Source: a bacterium
GTDB lineage: Bacteria; Patescibacteriota; Saccharimonadia; Saccharimonadales; SZUA-47
Direction: 5' to 3'
DNA length: 64,000 bases
Assembly (NCBI GenBank): GCA_030428125.1
Contig: JAUIBF010000003.1
Span: 1,516-65,515, forward strand
Every line of letters starts with the position of its first letter. Position 1 is the stretch's first letter. The position numbers were made by a program, and so were the translations under genes. Shown here one piece after another: positions 27,586-37,681 of the stretch. Under the pieces are notes generated by a model. The model ran no database searches and was not told the DNA's origin. It saw only the letters and a program-made list of their open reading frames with translations.

Positions 27586-27621
27586 AGTGGTACAATTGAT
27601 AGAAGAAAAGTAGGGGAGTTT

Positions 27622-28185
27622 ATGAACGATAAAGACGTAACCAAAGAGTTAGAGGACAAACTAAAGGCAGGCAAAGAACATTTTGCTAGTGAACTTACCA
27701 AACTACGAACAGGTCGTGCGCACCCGAGTATGGTTGAAGGCGTAATGGTTGAAGCATACGGCGTACAAACACCAATGATTCAGCTAGCAACAATCACCAC
27801 ACCTGAACCTCAACTAATCCAAATCTCTCCATTTGACCCTGGAACAATGAAAGACATTGCCGATTCTATACGCAAGAATGAGTCGCTAGGTCTAAATCCT
27901 GTAGACGATGGTCGTGTAATTCGAATCCAGATACCTCCTCTAACTACAGAGCGACGTCAACAAATCGTTAAGCAACTTGGCGAGAAACAAGAAGAAGCAA
28001 TGATTGCGCTTAGAAAAGCTCGTCATGAAGCGCAGGACACAATAAACGCTGCTAAAAAAGACAAATCTATTTCAGAAGACGATGCAAAAAGAGTCCAAAA
28101 GCAAGTAGACGACGCTGTAAATGCAGCCAAAACTGATATCGAAACTACTAGTAAAGAAAAAGAAGCAGAAATCCTGAAAGTCTAG
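27622..28185 (+). CDS. frr: Ribosome recycling factor
   Basis: Motifs KLRTGRAHPSMVE and IPPLTTERR. Confidence 0.95.
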   Translation: MNDKDVTKELEDKLKAGKEHFASELTKLRTGRAHPSMVEGVMVEAYGVQTPMIQLATITTPEPQLIQISPFDPGTMKDIADSIRKNESLGLNPVDDGRVIRIQIPPLTTERRQQIVKQLGEKQEEAMIALRKARHEAQDTINAAKKDKSISEDDAKRVQKQVDDAVNAAKTDIETTSKEKEAEILKV

Positions 28186-28200
28186 AAAGAAAAATATTTA

Positions 28201-28881
28201 GTGGAAGAAGTTAGAATACCAAAACATGTCGGAATAATTTTAGACGGCAATAGACGCTGGGCAAAGAAATCAGGACTAGATACTTTAAAAGGGCACCAAA
28301 AAGGCTCTGAAGTTTTTAAGGAAATATCACTACACCTTTTCGATAAAGGAGTAGAGTTTGTTTCTGGATATATTTTTTCTACTGAGAACTGGCAGCGTAA
28401 AGCCGAAGAAGTAGATTATCTTATGCGACTGGTAATCAAAGCCGTAGAAATGCATCTGGATGAGTACCACAAAAAAGGAATTAAGATTAAAATTCTCGGA
28501 ACTAGAGAGAATCTAAAACCTAACATTCTCAAAGCAATTGAGCGAACCGAATCTAAGACCGCAGAAAACACAAACGGTACCCTAGCGCTTTGTTTCAACT
28601 ACGGTGGACATCAGGAAGTAGTAGATGCTGTTAACTCAGCCAACACTTATGGTGAATTTACTGAAAAAATTATTAAGGATAACCTATATGCTTCCGAGGT
28701 TCCTAACATAGATTTACTAGTCAGAACATCAGGTGAACAACGTTTAAGTGGCTTTATGATGTGGCGTGCTCAGTATGCAGAACTGTTTTTTGAACAAAAA
28801 CTTTGGCCGGAGGTTACAGTTGACGATTCTGATATGTGGCTCGATGAATATAATAATAGAAACAGAAGGTTCGGTGGGTAA
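28201..28881 (+). CDS. uppS: Isoprenyl (undecaprenyl) diphosphate synthase
   Basis: Motifs HVGIILDGNRRWA and RTSGEQRLSGFMMWR. GTG start. Confidence 0.9.
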   Translation: MEEVRIPKHVGIILDGNRRWAKKSGLDTLKGHQKGSEVFKEISLHLFDKGVEFVSGYIFSTENWQRKAEEVDYLMRLVIKAVEMHLDEYHKKGIKIKILGTRENLKPNILKAIERTESKTAENTNGTLALCFNYGGHQEVVDAVNSANTYGEFTEKIIKDNLYASEVPNIDLLVRTSGEQRLSGFMMWRAQYAELFFEQKLWPEVTVDDSDMWLDEYNNRNRRFGG

Positions 28882-30033
28882 ATGTTAGTTTTTATCGGTT
28901 TTATATTAATTTTACTTTTGGTGGTAGCACACGAGGCAGGGCACTTTTTTGCAGCACGAAGAAATGGAATTGAAGTAGAAGAGTTTGGCATTGGATTTCC
29001 TCCGAAGGCGAAAACTTTGGGCAAGAAAAACGGTACCGAATACACACTGAACTGGCTGCCATTGGGAGGCTTTGTGAAGCTAAAGGGTGAGCATGATGCT
29101 GATACGACACCAGGTTCCTTCGGCGCAGCTAAGTTAATCGACAAAGTTAAAGTTATGATTGCAGGGGTAGCTGTGAACTTTTTCATTGCATTTTTATTGT
29201 TCACTTTCATTGCACTTATCGGTATGCCACAGCTAGTGGACAATCAATTTACAGTGGCCAGTAACGAAACTGTAACAAGACAAGATGTTCTAGTCGGATA
29301 TGTCGCCGAAGACTCACCAGCAAGCCAATTAGGTCTAGAAGTAAATGATGTCATTTACTCCATTGAGGACATACAAAGCTGCATTACTCTGCCTTGTTCA
29401 GATAATGTTATAGAGATAAAAACAGGTGATGATTTACAAAAGGCAACAGAAAGTCTGGCCGGCCGTGGGGTGCTTGTGAATTACTATGATGATTCGGAAG
29501 GGGAAGACAAGTCGAGTGCTACAGGACTCAGGACTCAAGATGAGGTTGAAGCGAGCAGAGACACGGACGAACCTCAAGGTTACTTGGGCGTAGTGCCAAG
29601 TGAATTTTCTCAGAAACGCTATACCTGGGCGGCGCCAATAGTCGGTGCGGGAACTACTGTGCAATTCACAGAGCTAACGTTTAAAGGCCTAGCATCAATC
29701 GTCAGCGGCTTATTTAAGGGTGATACCGAAGCAGCAACAGAACAGGTTTCTGGTGTAGTAGGCGTAGGATTTATCTTTAGTAGTGCAAGTTTCTTAGGTC
29801 CAATATTTATGCTGATGATTGTGGCTGTTATTTCACTTTCTCTAGCGATTATGAACATTCTGCCAATTCCTGCACTAGATGGTGGGCGACTATTTGTTAC
29901 TTTATTATTCAGGGCCTTAAAAAAACCACTGACGAAAGAGACCGAGGAACGAATCCATGGCACAGGATTCGCGCTTCTAATGGTGTTATTTGTGCTTATA
30001 ACGGTAGTAGATGTCCAAAGATTCATCCTCTAA
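28882..30033 (+). CDS. rseP: Site-2 (M50) intramembrane zinc metalloprotease RseP-like
   Basis: HEAGHF (HExxH) in TM1, a PDZ-like middle region, and NILPIPALDGG. Confidence 0.88.
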   Translation: MLVFIGFILILLLVVAHEAGHFFAARRNGIEVEEFGIGFPPKAKTLGKKNGTEYTLNWLPLGGFVKLKGEHDADTTPGSFGAAKLIDKVKVMIAGVAVNFFIAFLLFTFIALIGMPQLVDNQFTVASNETVTRQDVLVGYVAEDSPASQLGLEVNDVIYSIEDIQSCITLPCSDNVIEIKTGDDLQKATESLAGRGVLVNYYDDSEGEDKSSATGLRTQDEVEASRDTDEPQGYLGVVPSEFSQKRYTWAAPIVGAGTTVQFTELTFKGLASIVSGLFKGDTEAATEQVSGVVGVGFIFSSASFLGPIFMLMIVAVISLSLAIMNILPIPALDGGRLFVTLLFRALKKPLTKETEERIHGTGFALLMVLFVLITVVDVQRFIL

Positions 30034-30790
30034 AAAACAACCAGTATTTGTAGGAATTTACAGATTTATCCCTGCGATTTTTATAACATTGGGCTCTGCC
30101 ATTCTTTTTCTCGCCGGACAGTTTATTGGAATTTTATTGTTCACAATCGTACTAAGCCTGTTGGGTATGTCCCCTGAAGAGATATCTAATAGCCTAAGCG
30201 ATAGTGTGCCAACAAAGTTTGTTGCTGTACTATTTGTTGAATCAATAAGTGTCGGGATGGTAATCGGACTACTCAAATATGCTGGTGAAAAACCACTCAG
30301 GTACTTAAGGGTTGATAAAATACTACCTAAAAAAGACCTAAAGTTTGTCGTAGCTGCCTACGGGCTTTACTTCATTAGCTTTGTCGTTATTTCAACTTTA
30401 GGTGCTGTGTTAATTAAAAATCTAGACGTTGATCAGCAACAACAACTTGGCTATGGGGCAGTGGCCGGCATTGACCTTGTTTATGTTTTTATAACACTCG
30501 TAGTGCTGCCACCTGTAGCAGAGGAGATTTTATTTAGGGGGTTCATGTTCCAGACATTGATAGGCACCGTTAACATAAAAATCGCCACAGTACTAACTAG
30601 TGTTGTCTTTGCAGCTGCGCACCTAGAATTTTTTGGTGATAACCCGTTAAACTGGATCGCAGCTATTGATACTTTTGTACTGTCGCTTTTCTTGATTTGG
30701 CTTTTTCAAAAAACTAAAAACTTGTGGGCACCTATTCTGCTGCATGCATTTAAGAATTTTATTGCATTCTTGGTAATTTTTGTAATCTAG
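30011..30790 (+). CDS. CPBP (CAAX) family intramembrane glutamic endopeptidase
   Basis: Motifs EEILFRGF, FAAAHL and HAFKNF in a polytopic protein. Confidence 0.8.
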   Translation: MSKDSSSKKQPVFVGIYRFIPAIFITLGSAILFLAGQFIGILLFTIVLSLLGMSPEEISNSLSDSVPTKFVAVLFVESISVGMVIGLLKYAGEKPLRYLRVDKILPKKDLKFVVAAYGLYFISFVVISTLGAVLIKNLDVDQQQQLGYGAVAGIDLVYVFITLVVLPPVAEEILFRGFMFQTLIGTVNIKIATVLTSVVFAAAHLEFFGDNPLNWIAAIDTFVLSLFLIWLFQKTKNLWAPILLHAFKNFIAFLVIFVI

Positions 30791-30856
30791 CATTTACGTA
30801 ATAATAAGGTACAATGGGGTCATACATGAGACGAGTTATTATTTCATCCTATATTA

Positions 30857-30888
30857 TGCTCAAGCCCGCATTTCGGGTATTTTTGAGC
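30857..30888 (+). terminator. Hairpin between the CPBP gene and proS (terminator or leader structure)
   Basis: GCTCAA-g-CCCG-cattt-CGGG-tattt-TTGAGC. The T-run is internal to the structure, so the function is uncertain. Confidence 0.3.
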
Positions 30889-30931
30889 AATTTCTAATAA
30901 AGACCGATAAATATCTAAAGGATGAAATAAG

Positions 30932-32191
30932 ATGAAACGTAGCCAACTATTCGTAAAAACACTAAAAGACGCACCAGCTGACGAGGTAGCTAAAAACGCT
31001 CAGCTCTTAATCAGGGCAGGGTTTGTGTATAAAGTCATGGCCGGGGTTTACGCATACACACCACTAGGTATAAGAGTTATTGAAAAGATCAAGCAAATTG
31101 TACGAGAAGAAATGGATGCTATTGGTGGAGCTGAACTGATTATGACAGCCTTACAGCGTCCAGATACGTGGAAAGAAACAAAGCGCTGGGATGATGAAGT
31201 GGTTGATGTTTGGTTTAAAACTAAGCTTAAAGACGAGCAAGAATTAGGGCTTGCTTGGTCGCACGAAGAAGCAATTATTGAAATGATGAAGACTCACGTT
31301 TCGAGTTATAAAGATTTGCCGCAGTATGTTTATCAATTCCAGACTAAATTCCGTAATGAACTACGGTCAAAAAGTGGAATTATGCGAGGCCGGGAATTCG
31401 TAATGAAAGACATGTATTCTGCTTGTCTAGATTCTGAACAGCACGAGAAGTTTTATCAGGATTGCATCGATGCCTATATGCGAGTTTTCGACAGACTTGG
31501 AATCGGCGAAGACACCTTTGTGACCTTTGCTGATGGTGGAGCTTTCACTAAATTTAGTCACGAGTTCCAAACTGTTTGTGATGCCGGCGAAGACACGGTT
31601 TATATGAATGAAGACCGAACAGTGGTACTGAATGAAGAGGTCATGAACGATGAGACGCTTGCCGAAATGAATGTCACTAAGGAAGAATTGAAGCCGGTTG
31701 TGACAGCTGAGGTAGGAAATATATTTAATTTTGGGACACAAAAATCAGAAGAAATGGATTTTTCCTTTACGAATAGCGACGGTAAAAAACAATTTGTGCA
31801 CCTAGGTAGCTACGGAATAGGAATTACCAGAGTGATGGGTGTGATTGCAGAGAAAATGAGTGATGAAAAGGGCCTCATTTGGCATGCGAACGTTGCGCCG
31901 TATCAGGTCTGTCTAGCATCAATCGGGGACGTGTCGGAGCAGGCCGAAAATCTATACAAAGAATTGATGAAAAATGGAATCGAAGTACTGTACGATGATC
32001 GTGATGTTCGGCCAGGAGATAAATTCGCAGATGCAGACTTAATGGGTATTCCAATCAGAGTTGTCATTAGCAGTAGGTCTTTAGAAAATAACGAAGTGGA
32101 GGTTAAGATGCGAGAATCAGATGATGCAGAAATGGTTAACCTATCAGATGCAATTGAATCGATTAAGCGTAAGCTTTCGGCTCTAGAATAG
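30932..32191 (+). CDS. proS: Prolyl-tRNA synthetase, short form lacking the INS editing domain
   Basis: N-terminal AKNAQLLIRAGF, motif 2 FRNELRSKSGIMRGREFVMKDMYS, and a C-terminal anticodon-binding domain. Only 419 aa long. Confidence 0.88.
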   Translation: MKRSQLFVKTLKDAPADEVAKNAQLLIRAGFVYKVMAGVYAYTPLGIRVIEKIKQIVREEMDAIGGAELIMTALQRPDTWKETKRWDDEVVDVWFKTKLKDEQELGLAWSHEEAIIEMMKTHVSSYKDLPQYVYQFQTKFRNELRSKSGIMRGREFVMKDMYSACLDSEQHEKFYQDCIDAYMRVFDRLGIGEDTFVTFADGGAFTKFSHEFQTVCDAGEDTVYMNEDRTVVLNEEVMNDETLAEMNVTKEELKPVVTAEVGNIFNFGTQKSEEMDFSFTNSDGKKQFVHLGSYGIGITRVMGVIAEKMSDEKGLIWHANVAPYQVCLASIGDVSEQAENLYKELMKNGIEVLYDDRDVRPGDKFADADLMGIPIRVVISSRSLENNEVEVKMRESDDAEMVNLSDAIESIKRKLSALE

Positions 32192-32290
32192 TCGCAAGCG
32201 CTTTGGTATAGTAGAGACTACTAGAGACAAAACAGATATCGACTGTACATATTTAAAATTGAACATAGTTAATGAAGGGAACTGAGAAAG

Positions 32291-32749
32291 ATGAAAAAAC
32301 AATACCACCTAACAAAAGAAGGTGCTGAAGAATTAGAAAAAGAGCTGGAGCACTTAAAATCTCAGAGAAGCGAAGTGGCTGAGAGAATTAAGACAGCACG
32401 TGAATTCGGTGACTTATCTGAAAACGCTGAGTACAGTGCAGCACGGCAAGAACAAGAAAAGAATGAATCTCGAATCAGTGAAATCGAGCATATTTTGGAA
32501 AACTTAAAAGTTATTGAGCAACCAAAAGATAAAGACAAGGTTGAGCTTGGAAACACCGTAGAGCTTAAAAATACTGGTGGAGACAAGAAGTTCACAATCG
32601 TAGGGTCTGTTGAAGCCGATCCACTGAGTGGAAAAGTATCAGATGAATCTCCGATCGGAAAAGCCCTGCTTGGAAAGAAGCTTGGTGAGGACGTAGAAAT
32701 CATTACTCCTGCCAAAACCACAACCTACAAAATAGCAGCAATATCCTAA
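32291..32749 (+). CDS. greA: Transcription elongation factor GreA
   Basis: Motif REFGDLSENAEYSAARQEQ and a C-terminal FKBP-like domain ending in YKI. Confidence 0.92.
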   Translation: MKKQYHLTKEGAEELEKELEHLKSQRSEVAERIKTAREFGDLSENAEYSAARQEQEKNESRISEIEHILENLKVIEQPKDKDKVELGNTVELKNTGGDKKFTIVGSVEADPLSGKVSDESPIGKALLGKKLGEDVEIITPAKTTTYKIAAIS

Positions 32750-32796
32750 ATAACTATCATCTGTCAGAGAGTTAAGGTAAACTGTTAGGTGAATTT

Positions 32797-34329
32797 ATGA
32801 GATGGTTGGATAAAATAGCTGATGAGTTGATTGAGAAACACGGCGACAACGAGATTGTTGTTAGTTCAGGGGTGTCTCCGTCTGGTACTTACCACTTAGG
32901 TACTTTACGAGAAGTTTTGACCGCAGAGGCTGTCTATCGAGAGCTAAAGTTGCGTGGCCGTAAAGCCCGTCATATTCATGTTGTTGATGATTTAGATATC
33001 TTTCGTAAGGTTCCAGTTGATGTTGATGAAAGCTTTTCGCAATATTTAGGATTGCCACTATGTGATGTTCCGTCTCCAGACGAATCCAAGGCAGGTAATT
33101 ACGCCGATTTCTTTTTATCAGACTTGCTTGTTGCTTCTGAGGGCCTACACTTAGATATGGAAGTATTACGTGCAAATGAAAAATATCGGGACGGACAGTT
33201 TGTGGAGGCTATCGAAAAAGCGCTGAGCTCAATTCCTGAAATTCGTAAAGTTTTGGAAGAGGTATCTGGACGGAAACTTGATCCAAATTGGTCCCCAGTG
33301 CAGGTGATTGAAGAGGGCCGATTAAAAAATCGAAAATTTATATCTATTGATTCCGAGCAGAAAACCATTCAGTACGAGGACGGAGAGGGCAAAGAGCAAA
33401 CTGCAAATTATGCAGATGGGACGGTTAAACTCAACTGGAGAATCGACTGGCCTGCGCGCTGGTGGATGTTGGGTGTGAACGCCGAACCTTTTGGTAAAGA
33501 TCATGCTACAAAAGGTGGTTCTTACGACACAGGGGTTGAGATTGTCAAAGATGTATACAATGCAGAAGCACCACTACCGATACCCTATAACTTTATAAAT
33601 AAAACGGGTGACACCAAAAAAATGAGTAAAAGCGCAGGAGATACCATAACTGCCGCTGACTTACTGCAAATATTACCTCCCGAATTGGTGTGGTTCTTTA
33701 TTCTCAGGTACAGTCCTGATAAATTGCTATTCTTTGATACTAGTGAAACGCTAATAAAGCTGTTCGACGAGTTTAGTGAACTTTTAGCAAAAGAAGATAA
33801 AACTGATGATGAAAAGCATCTTGTAGAGCTCTGCCTAATGGGCGTTGATTCTCCGACAGTGAGCAGGGTGCCATTTACGCATTTATTTGTAAGCTACCAA
33901 TCGTCATTGCGCGACGCAAACAAGACTATCGAAATTATTTCTCGGACTGAATACGCAGGGCAGGCAAAAGAAGACAAAGATATCGTTGTCAAAGAACTAG
34001 AGTTTATTGACTCGTGGCTAAATAATTGGGCTGCAGAAGATGTTAAGTTTGAACTTGTCGATCTAGATGAAAACAAGTTCAGCGAAGAACAAAAAATATA
34101 CATGAAGCAGCTTGCCGAATTAATAGATGGAGCTCCAGAAGATGCAGACGGTGAGTGGTTCCATAAGGCAATTTATGGTTTCAAGGAACAATCAGAACTA
34201 GAGCCTAAAATGCTTTTCCAAACTTTGTACCAGGTGTTAATTGGCAAAGATTCAGGCCCGAGGGCTGGGTGGTTCCTAAGCATGTTACCACGAGATTGGT
34301 TGTTAGACAGATTAAATCTTGAGAAGTAA
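32797..34329 (+). CDS. lysS: Lysyl-tRNA synthetase, class I (archaeal type)
   Basis: SPSGTYHLGTLRE (HIGH-type signature) and KKMSKSAGD (KMSKS), with the ~510-aa length typical of class I LysRS. Confidence 0.85.
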   Translation: MRWLDKIADELIEKHGDNEIVVSSGVSPSGTYHLGTLREVLTAEAVYRELKLRGRKARHIHVVDDLDIFRKVPVDVDESFSQYLGLPLCDVPSPDESKAGNYADFFLSDLLVASEGLHLDMEVLRANEKYRDGQFVEAIEKALSSIPEIRKVLEEVSGRKLDPNWSPVQVIEEGRLKNRKFISIDSEQKTIQYEDGEGKEQTANYADGTVKLNWRIDWPARWWMLGVNAEPFGKDHATKGGSYDTGVEIVKDVYNAEAPLPIPYNFINKTGDTKKMSKSAGDTITAADLLQILPPELVWFFILRYSPDKLLFFDTSETLIKLFDEFSELLAKEDKTDDEKHLVELCLMGVDSPTVSRVPFTHLFVSYQSSLRDANKTIEIISRTEYAGQAKEDKDIVVKELEFIDSWLNNWAAEDVKFELVDLDENKFSEEQKIYMKQLAELIDGAPEDADGEWFHKAIYGFKEQSELEPKMLFQTLYQVLIGKDSGPRAGWFLSMLPRDWLLDRLNLEK

Positions 34330-34331
34330 AC

Positions 34332-34799
34332 ATGAGAGTATATCTGGTCAGACATGCAGAAACCGACGCAACCCGTCTTACTAGAGATGATTTTGGACCA
34401 AAGGGGGCGCCAATAAACAGTACCGGTGTAAAGTCATCGAAAAAATTAGGCATCAAAATCAATGAGCTAGGGATTGATAAAATTCAACCGGTAGTAGTTT
34501 CTGAGCTACAGAGAACACACCAGACTGCAAAAGCCGCAGGCTTTAACAACGTAGTTATTAACCCCTTACTAAATGAAATTAATACAGGTGACATTAAAAA
34601 AACATTGGAACTAGTAAGAAATAGACAAGTTCCTGAAGAAGCAAAAGAGGCTGCAAGGAAAATTCTTGTAAATCCACCCAAAGAAAAGTTTTGGTTTACT
34701 CACGGACTAGTTTCAGCTGCACTTTTAGATGAACTAGGGTACGTTAATAGAAAAGACTATATCCCAGAATACGCAGAACTAGTAGAAATTGAAATCTAA
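34332..34799 (+). CDS. Histidine phosphatase (phosphoglycerate mutase-like) family protein, short
   Basis: Motifs VYLVRHAET, SELQRTHQTA and THG. Confidence 0.65.
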   Translation: MRVYLVRHAETDATRLTRDDFGPKGAPINSTGVKSSKKLGIKINELGIDKIQPVVVSELQRTHQTAKAAGFNNVVINPLLNEINTGDIKKTLELVRNRQVPEEAKEAARKILVNPPKEKFWFTHGLVSAALLDELGYVNRKDYIPEYAELVEIEI

Positions 34800-34812
34800 C
34801 ATAAACTACAAA

Positions 34813-35373
34813 TTACTCGGAGTCGTGGCGTAAACCAGTAATGACCATAATTAGCCAAGTGCAAGCAAATATAATTCCTGAATATAGTACAATACTGCCC
34901 CAAAGCTGAATCCGGTAACCTTCGTTGAAGTAGTCGTTAAAGTACTTAACGGTGGCGAATGCGTATGTACCAACCGATAGCGTCGCTATGGTTAAGAGGG
35001 CGTGTCGATTCTTTAGGGTTGCGACGATTAAAAGTGGCAGGGCATAAAAAATGGTAGATGTGCTAGCCATACCTCTCTCCCAATAAGTCGTTAAACCTGC
35101 GAATATTAGAAAAATTAGCGATAGAGTCAGAATTAATATAGCTGGACGGTTGAGTAAGTTATTTTTTTGCGAGGCCATGTACCAGGCAAACGTGTTAACA
35201 CCGAGAATGAAGGTAAATATCAACCATCTATCAATTATAGATTCTCGAGTAATTAAATTCCCGGAATCAAAAATCACAATCGATAACGCATAAAAACCCA
35301 AGACAAAGTAAACAGTTCTGGTAATACGAGTTAGCGTTAAAGATAAATTATTCTTTTTCTTTGCTTTCTTCAT
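34813..35373 (-). CDS. Polytopic membrane protein, unknown function
   Basis: Five or six hydrophobic segments after MKKAKKKNN. I prefer the start at 35373 to the track start at 35463. Confidence 0.5.
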   Translation of the reverse strand: MKKAKKKNNLSLTLTRITRTVYFVLGFYALSIVIFDSGNLITRESIIDRWLIFTFILGVNTFAWYMASQKNNLLNRPAILILTLSLIFLIFAGLTTYWERGMASTSTIFYALPLLIVATLKNRHALLTIATLSVGTYAFATVKYFNDYFNEGYRIQLWGSIVLYSGIIFACTWLIMVITGLRHDSE

Positions 35374-35424
35374 ACGGTGTTGGTTTAAGCATAACCTAAA
35401 TTGTACTGCTGATACAATAGTCCT

Positions 35425-36036
35425 ATGGTGAGCAGAAGAAAAAAGTCTAAAAAATATGAACAAAGAACTATGCTAGTGCTCATTGCGCTATCAATCTGTG
35501 TTTTTATTTTGATGTTAATGTTGGTGGTGATTAATAGCGATGAAATGGACAGTGGTAGTAATAGGGAAGTCGCTCAGATATTAAAAGGAGACCCGGGTGT
35601 AGCAGGTAGATCCTGTGGCATACTATCTGAATTGGAGGCCAAAAATATCATCCCTGCCAGAGAGCTCAAAGGTACATTTTCTAATGAGCCACTAAAAAAC
35701 AAGGTTATGCAAGGTAGTAGTAGCGAAAGAGGGATTCACTGGTTTGACAGTTGTCGATACGTAGACTCAACAAACAGCAATGTTTATGCTGAGCTGTTTA
35801 TAGAAACCTACGGTAGCGAAATCGAAGCCATTGCTGATTTTAGGGAGTCCTTGCCAAAAGTAGGGACAATAGAGGAGATCGAAAGCAAGTATTATGACGA
35901 ACTTATCTATAGTTCTGGTGCGTGGTTTGCTCGTGATGGTATGGTGATAATTAAAGTTTCGGCAAATGATGGACGCTCCGGTGATTTAAAAGAGTTCTCT
36001 GAAAATGTGTTCGTAAAATTAACTAGTGAGTTATAG
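35425..36036 (+). CDS. Hypothetical exported or anchored protein
   Basis: Basic N-terminus followed by a TM segment (MLVLIALSICVFILMLMLVVI). No known motif. Confidence 0.5.
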   Translation: MVSRRKKSKKYEQRTMLVLIALSICVFILMLMLVVINSDEMDSGSNREVAQILKGDPGVAGRSCGILSELEAKNIIPARELKGTFSNEPLKNKVMQGSSSERGIHWFDSCRYVDSTNSNVYAELFIETYGSEIEAIADFRESLPKVGTIEEIESKYYDELIYSSGAWFARDGMVIIKVSANDGRSGDLKEFSENVFVKLTSEL

Positions 36037-36131
36037 TTTAAAAAATAGGTAGATTACCTTATACTTAACATTAGCGTTTTGCGCAGTTCTTTTTTGAGTT
36101 TTACAAAATCAAATATCTAGGCATAGTTAGT

Positions 36132-37679
36132 GTGGGAAGTCTAAAATCCAAAAATTACAGTTATAAAGAAGAATCAGGGTTTTCATTGCTCGAGGTGATG
36201 GTTTCATTATTTCTCGTTAGCCTACTCCTAGGTGTGATGTCTTCAATCGTGCAGAACGCGATGTCTCTGAATGCTAAAGCAAAACTGAGGTCTGATGCTG
36301 GTGCTTTAGCGTTTAAGAAAATTCAAGATTATATAAATTTAGATTACGACAGCATACCTATAGGTGATGATGGCTTTGCATATGAGGTTGAGGATTTCTC
36401 TTCAGAAGCAGAATCGCTAAATTTGCGAAATGCTTCTGCTAAAGTTTATATTGAACCTGAATCCGAACTGCAAACCCCGACAACTACAAGCAATAATTAC
36501 TCTCAGGTTGTCAGTGCCGACACGGCCTTCGTTAGTGGTTCGGAAATCGCCGCCGTCGATTACGATGATGCCACCGGCGACTGGTATCGCGTATCTAGGA
36601 TTAGTGATAATAATTATTCAAACTATACCTATAGTCGTTACGCATCCAGCCCAGACAATTTGGCATCCCCGTCAATTGACCTAGGATCTTCAACGGTCGT
36701 CGAGACCATTCGGGTAAATTGGTTCTCTTGTGGTTATGGGGCGAATAACTTCAGGGTTGAGGCGAAGGACAGTAATCCTAGTAGCAATAGTGGCTGGACA
36801 ACAATAGTGAGTGGGCTATCTGACAATGGAATATCTTGTTCTGGTGGGAGTAACCCACAGGATATAGATGTAAGTTCAAACTCTACCCCATACCGTCACT
36901 GGAGACTATACTTTATTGATGCCGAAGACGATGACTATGCAGTCATATCAGAGCTAGAAGCGTTTTCTGCTGCCATTCCTGGTGATACTGTAGAGCAAAA
37001 TGGCGCCGATGCTTCAAGTAATCCGGGTCAATTATATTTCAGCAGTTCAGACTTAGAGATGTCAGAGGATGGCTCAAGAGGGCATCAGAGTTTAGGGATG
37101 ATATTCGATGGTGTTAATGCTGCGCAAGGGGCCACGGTAGACAATGCTTATCTAGAATTTACAGCGGACGAATCAGACTCCGATAGCGTTTCTTTGCTTG
37201 TGAGGGGTGCGAATGTCGACAATGCATCACCGTGGTCTGGTGACTATGCTGTTGATAATGCCGTGGACTCTGATGGCTCCGATGGTAGCACCGGTACAAT
37301 TGCGACAGTTTCCTGGAACCCGTCGTCATGGACCAGTGGAGATAATGGTGCCAACACCCAGGTCGATGTTACGGCAATAGTTCAAGAGATTATCAATAGA
37401 GCAGGTTGGAATCCTGGGAACGACATAGCGCTCACTGTACAGTATGTTTCTGGTAGTGGTAGAAGAGTTGCAGAACGTACGCCAGCACCGGAATTAGTAT
37501 TGGAGTGGTCAGAAGAAGTCACTAGTACCCCCGGAGATTATGTGGATGCGGATTTGGATGGGGACGTAGACAACCCGAATCTTTTACGCGCAACGGCCAT
37601 CATTACATACGAGGCATTTGGGAAAACTCATACCTCACAATATTCTACTTTTATTCGTAAATTTGGAGTTAGCGACTAA
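36132..37679 (+). CDS. Prepilin-type (type IV pilin-like) protein with a discoidin (F5/8 type C)-like domain
   Basis: Leader ending in ESG followed by FSLLEVMVSLFLV (G/F-x-x-x-E class III signal). Discoidin-like block IDLG...IRVNW...FRVEAKD...YRHWRLYF...AVISELEAF at ~36665-36965. Confidence 0.75.
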   Translation: MGSLKSKNYSYKEESGFSLLEVMVSLFLVSLLLGVMSSIVQNAMSLNAKAKLRSDAGALAFKKIQDYINLDYDSIPIGDDGFAYEVEDFSSEAESLNLRNASAKVYIEPESELQTPTTTSNNYSQVVSADTAFVSGSEIAAVDYDDATGDWYRVSRISDNNYSNYTYSRYASSPDNLASPSIDLGSSTVVETIRVNWFSCGYGANNFRVEAKDSNPSSNSGWTTIVSGLSDNGISCSGGSNPQDIDVSSNSTPYRHWRLYFIDAEDDDYAVISELEAFSAAIPGDTVEQNGADASSNPGQLYFSSSDLEMSEDGSRGHQSLGMIFDGVNAAQGATVDNAYLEFTADESDSDSVSLLVRGANVDNASPWSGDYAVDNAVDSDGSDGSTGTIATVSWNPSSWTSGDNGANTQVDVTAIVQEIINRAGWNPGNDIALTVQYVSGSGRRVAERTPAPELVLEWSEEVTSTPGDYVDADLDGDVDNPNLLRATAIITYEAFGKTHTSQYSTFIRKFGVSD

Positions 37680-37681
37680 TC

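Noticed and set aside
30791-30931. A T-box or leader-peptide attenuator upstream of proS (a 23-codon mini-ORF at about 30826)
   Set aside because: There is no T-box conserved sequence or specifier architecture. The mini-ORF has only one Pro codon and no RBS.
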